Positions 61,059-64,000 of a DNA stretch of 64,000 bases are shown here, one piece after another. The notes under the pieces are model-generated. The model did not search any database. It saw nothing but the letters and a program-made list of their open reading frames with translations, and had not been told where the DNA came from. Location of the stretch: the NCBI GenBank assembly GCA_030390025.1, contig CM059432.1, forward strand, positions 3,844,001 through 3,908,000, written 5' to 3'. Origin of the DNA: Squalus acanthias (Eukaryota). A program made the translations under genes and the position numbers. Position 1 is the stretch's first letter. Every line of letters starts with the position of its first letter.

Positions 61059-63134
61059 GCAGTCCTCCTGGGATCTGTGCGCGCTCCACCTGCCGATACA
61101 TCCCAAGACCCAATTGGCTTTCTTCGCGGCTGTCCTACAATGTGTTGTTGGTTTCAGTAACCTCTCAGCAACAACAACAACTTGCATTTATACAGCGCCT
61201 TTAACATAGCGAAATATACCCAAGGCGCTTCACAGGAGCGATTATCAAACAAAATTTAACACCGAGCCACATAAGGAGATATTAGGACAGGTGACCAAAA
61301 GCTGGGTCAAAGAGGGAGGTTTTATGGAGTGTCTTAAAGGAGGAGAGAGAGGCGGAGAGGTTTAGGGAGGGAATTCCAGAGCTTGGGGCCCAGGCAGCTG
61401 AAGACACGGCTCCAATGTTGGAGCGATTAAAATTGGGGATACAGAGGAGGCCAGAATTGGAGGAGTGCAGAGATCTCGGAGGTTTGTAGGGCTGGAGGAG
61501 GTTACAGAGATAGGGAGGGGCGAGGCCATGGAGGGATTTGAAGACAGGGCTGAGAATTTTGAAATCGAGGCATTGCCGGACCGGGAGCCACAGGGGGTGA
61601 CGGGTGAATGGGACTTGGTGCGAGTTAGGATACGGGCAGCAGAGTTTTGGATGAATACCCACAGATGTCTCTCCTATGTTGTGTCATGTAGCCGACAGCC
61701 ATTTAATCTTTGTTTTATCTGGGAAGCCAGGGGAGGGGATCTAGTCTCCGAGATCCTCCACAATTGCTGGTCGTGTTCTGTGATTAGCTGATAGGAGGCC
61801 TATTCATAGCAGGTATGATACAGAATTCAGCTAAAACTGTTATCATAGAACGATACAGCACAAAAGAAGTCCATTCGGCCCATCGTGCCTGTGCCGGCTC
61901 TTTGAAAGAGCTCTCCAATTAGTCCCACTCCCCCCCTGCTCTTTCCCCATAGCCCTGCAAATTTTTCCTTTTCAAGTATTTATCCGATTCCCTTGTGAAA
62001 GTTACTGTTGAATCTGCTTCCACCGCCCTTTCAGGCAGCGCATTCCAGATCACAACAACTCGCTGCGTAAAGTTTTTCCCCCCTCAGTTTACCTTTGGTT
62101 CTTTTGCCAATTAACTTTAAAAAAAAATGAGGAAATATTCCACCCAGCAGCCCTCCTGGAAAGGAATGAAATGATTGCCAAAACGCAACAGCCAACCTAA
62201 GTGAGAAAGCTGGAGCCACTGCCAAATCCGACTCCAACTGAGAACTATATTGATTCCAAGAAGCAAACAGAATGACTGATCAAATTGGCTTCCTGAGTAA
62301 ATGCAGTTGCTGGAGGCCTCCTTAGTTCGGAGTTAAAGCCATTCCACATGGTTCATAGCCGTGGCTCAGTGGGCAGCACTCTCGCCTCTGAGTCAGAAGG
62401 GTTCTGGGTTCGAAAGTCCCACTCAACAGACTTGAGCATAAAAATCTAGCCTGACACTCCCAGTGCAGTACTGAGGGAGTGCTGTACTGTCGGAGGTGCC
62501 GTCTTTCGGATGATACGTTAAACCGAGGCCCCGTCTGCCCTCTTATCAGGATGCAAAAGATCCCACGGCCACTATTTCAAAGAAGAGCAGGGGAGTTCTC
62601 CTGTCCAATATTTATCCCTCCATCAACATCATTAAAAACAGATTATCTGGCCATCGTCACATTGCTGTTTGTGGGATCCTGCTGTGCACAAATTGTGACT
62701 ACACTTCAAAAAGCACTTCATTGGCTGTAAAGCGCTTTGTGACGTCCGGTGGTCGTGAAAGACGCTATATAAATGAAAGTCTTTCTTTCTTCTCCACTGC
62801 CCTTTCCCCAAAGACCTGCAAAATGTAAGCGTTTTCCTCCTCTGGACTCTGGTTCTTTTGCCAGGTTTGTCAGGACAGCCTGAAAACCTTCCTTCATACA
62901 GCCAGGAATGGGATCATTACCACTAATATTGCAACTGAACAGTTCCATATAGCATTAAGGGATTAATGAAGCTCCATTGCTTCCAACATTACAGTTCAAA
63001 GGCAAACCAACTATAGGAAAATACTTTGGAACTGAACAGTACATGTCATTGAATCAACGTTCTTCATAGTTACGTTTGGGATCAAAACAATGGGCCATCA
63101 ATTTAAGGTCCAGTGGGGAACACCCCTGTATACC

Positions 63135-63574
63135 ACAGTTGTTTTTCAGACTGGAGGAAGGTATACAGTGGTGTTCCCCAGGGGTCGGTACTAGGCCCAC
63201 TACTTTTCTTGATATATATTAATGACTTGGACTTGGGTGTACAGGAAACAATTTCAAAATTTGCAGATGACACAAAACTTGAAAGTATAATGAACAGTGA
63301 GGAGGAGAGTGATAGACTTCAAGAGGACACAGACAGGCTGGTGAAATGGGTGGACACGTGGCAGCTGAAATTTAACGCAGAAAAGTGCGAAGTGATACAT
63401 TTTGGTAGAAAGAATGAGGCGAGGCAATATAAACTAAAGGGTACAAGCCTAAAGGTGGTGCATGAACAGAGAGACCTGGGGGTATAGGTGCACAAATCGT
63501 TGAAGGTGGCAGGGCAGGTTGAGAAAGCGGTTAAAAAAGCATACGGGATCCTGGGCTTCATGAATAGAGTCATA
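63135..63574 (+). mobile_element. CR1 RT fragment interrupted by a MITE
   Basis: GVPQGSVLGP and KFADD motifs. Confidence 0.88.
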
Positions 63575-64000
63575 GGGTTGGATTTTCCAAGCCCCGAGGA
63601 GGCGGGCATGGAGGCGGGACAGCCGGTAAACTCGGAGAAAGTGGGAGCGGATGGCAAACCCGCCCCCATCCCGCCTCCGTGCCCTTTTGCCAGGAGGCGG
63701 GAAGATGTGCAGCTTCGGGTCCCGTCTCCTGGAGGCGGGAAAGGCATTTAATCCTTTTAACTGCCTGTTAACAGGTAGGTAACAGGCAGAAAAAAGGATT
63801 AGTGCCATTTTACCTTCACAGGTGAAGGCTTCCCGACCTCGGAGAACCCCGCCGGGTTGGAGGAGATGTGGAGGAGGTCTGCGGCGGTCGGAGGCACCTG
63901 GAAGTAAGGTGTAGAGGTGAGTGATGGGTGCAAGTGTGGAGTGGTAAGTATGTAAGGTGAGTGATAAGTTTAAAAAAGTGTTCACTTACCTTGTTTTCCT
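63575..64000. mobile_element. Harbinger-like MITE running off the window end
   Basis: Starts GGGTTGGATTTT exactly where CR1 homology stops; only one TIR is visible. Confidence 0.6.

Noticed and set aside
62355..62430. tRNA gene
   Set aside because: A and B boxes are present but continue directly into the SINE body, as in all other copies; these are SINE heads.

Overview
Eukaryotic, repeat-saturated DNA. The repeat content (CR1 and L2 LINEs, Deu-domain tRNA-SINEs of SacSINE1/AmnSINE1 type, GIY-YIG Penelope) points to a cartilaginous fish, probably a shark; this is inferred. No host gene is recognised, and there is one weak candidate exon. Main contents: a full-length CR1 LINE with both ORFs open (14027-18414); a second 5'-complete but 3'-deleted CR1 (about 39833-43620, minus); two solo LTRs 25 bp apart; an ORF1-only Tx1/L1-like element with polyA; RTE, Vingi, Tx1 and Penelope fragments; many Harbinger-like MITEs; about 20 DeuSINE copies; and three satellites. 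Top leads: (1) a conserved in-frame U_UUA_AAC slippery heptamer at the ORF1 stop of both CR1 copies, leading into an ATG-less, colinear ORF2-frame linker, which suggests -1 ribosomal frameshifting to an ORF1-ORF2 fusion; (2) a half-L1-like non-autonomous Tx1 element inserted in a SINE tRNA head; (3) Penelope hammerhead ribozymes. All family names come from recalled motifs, not database searches, and boundaries without TSD support are approximate.
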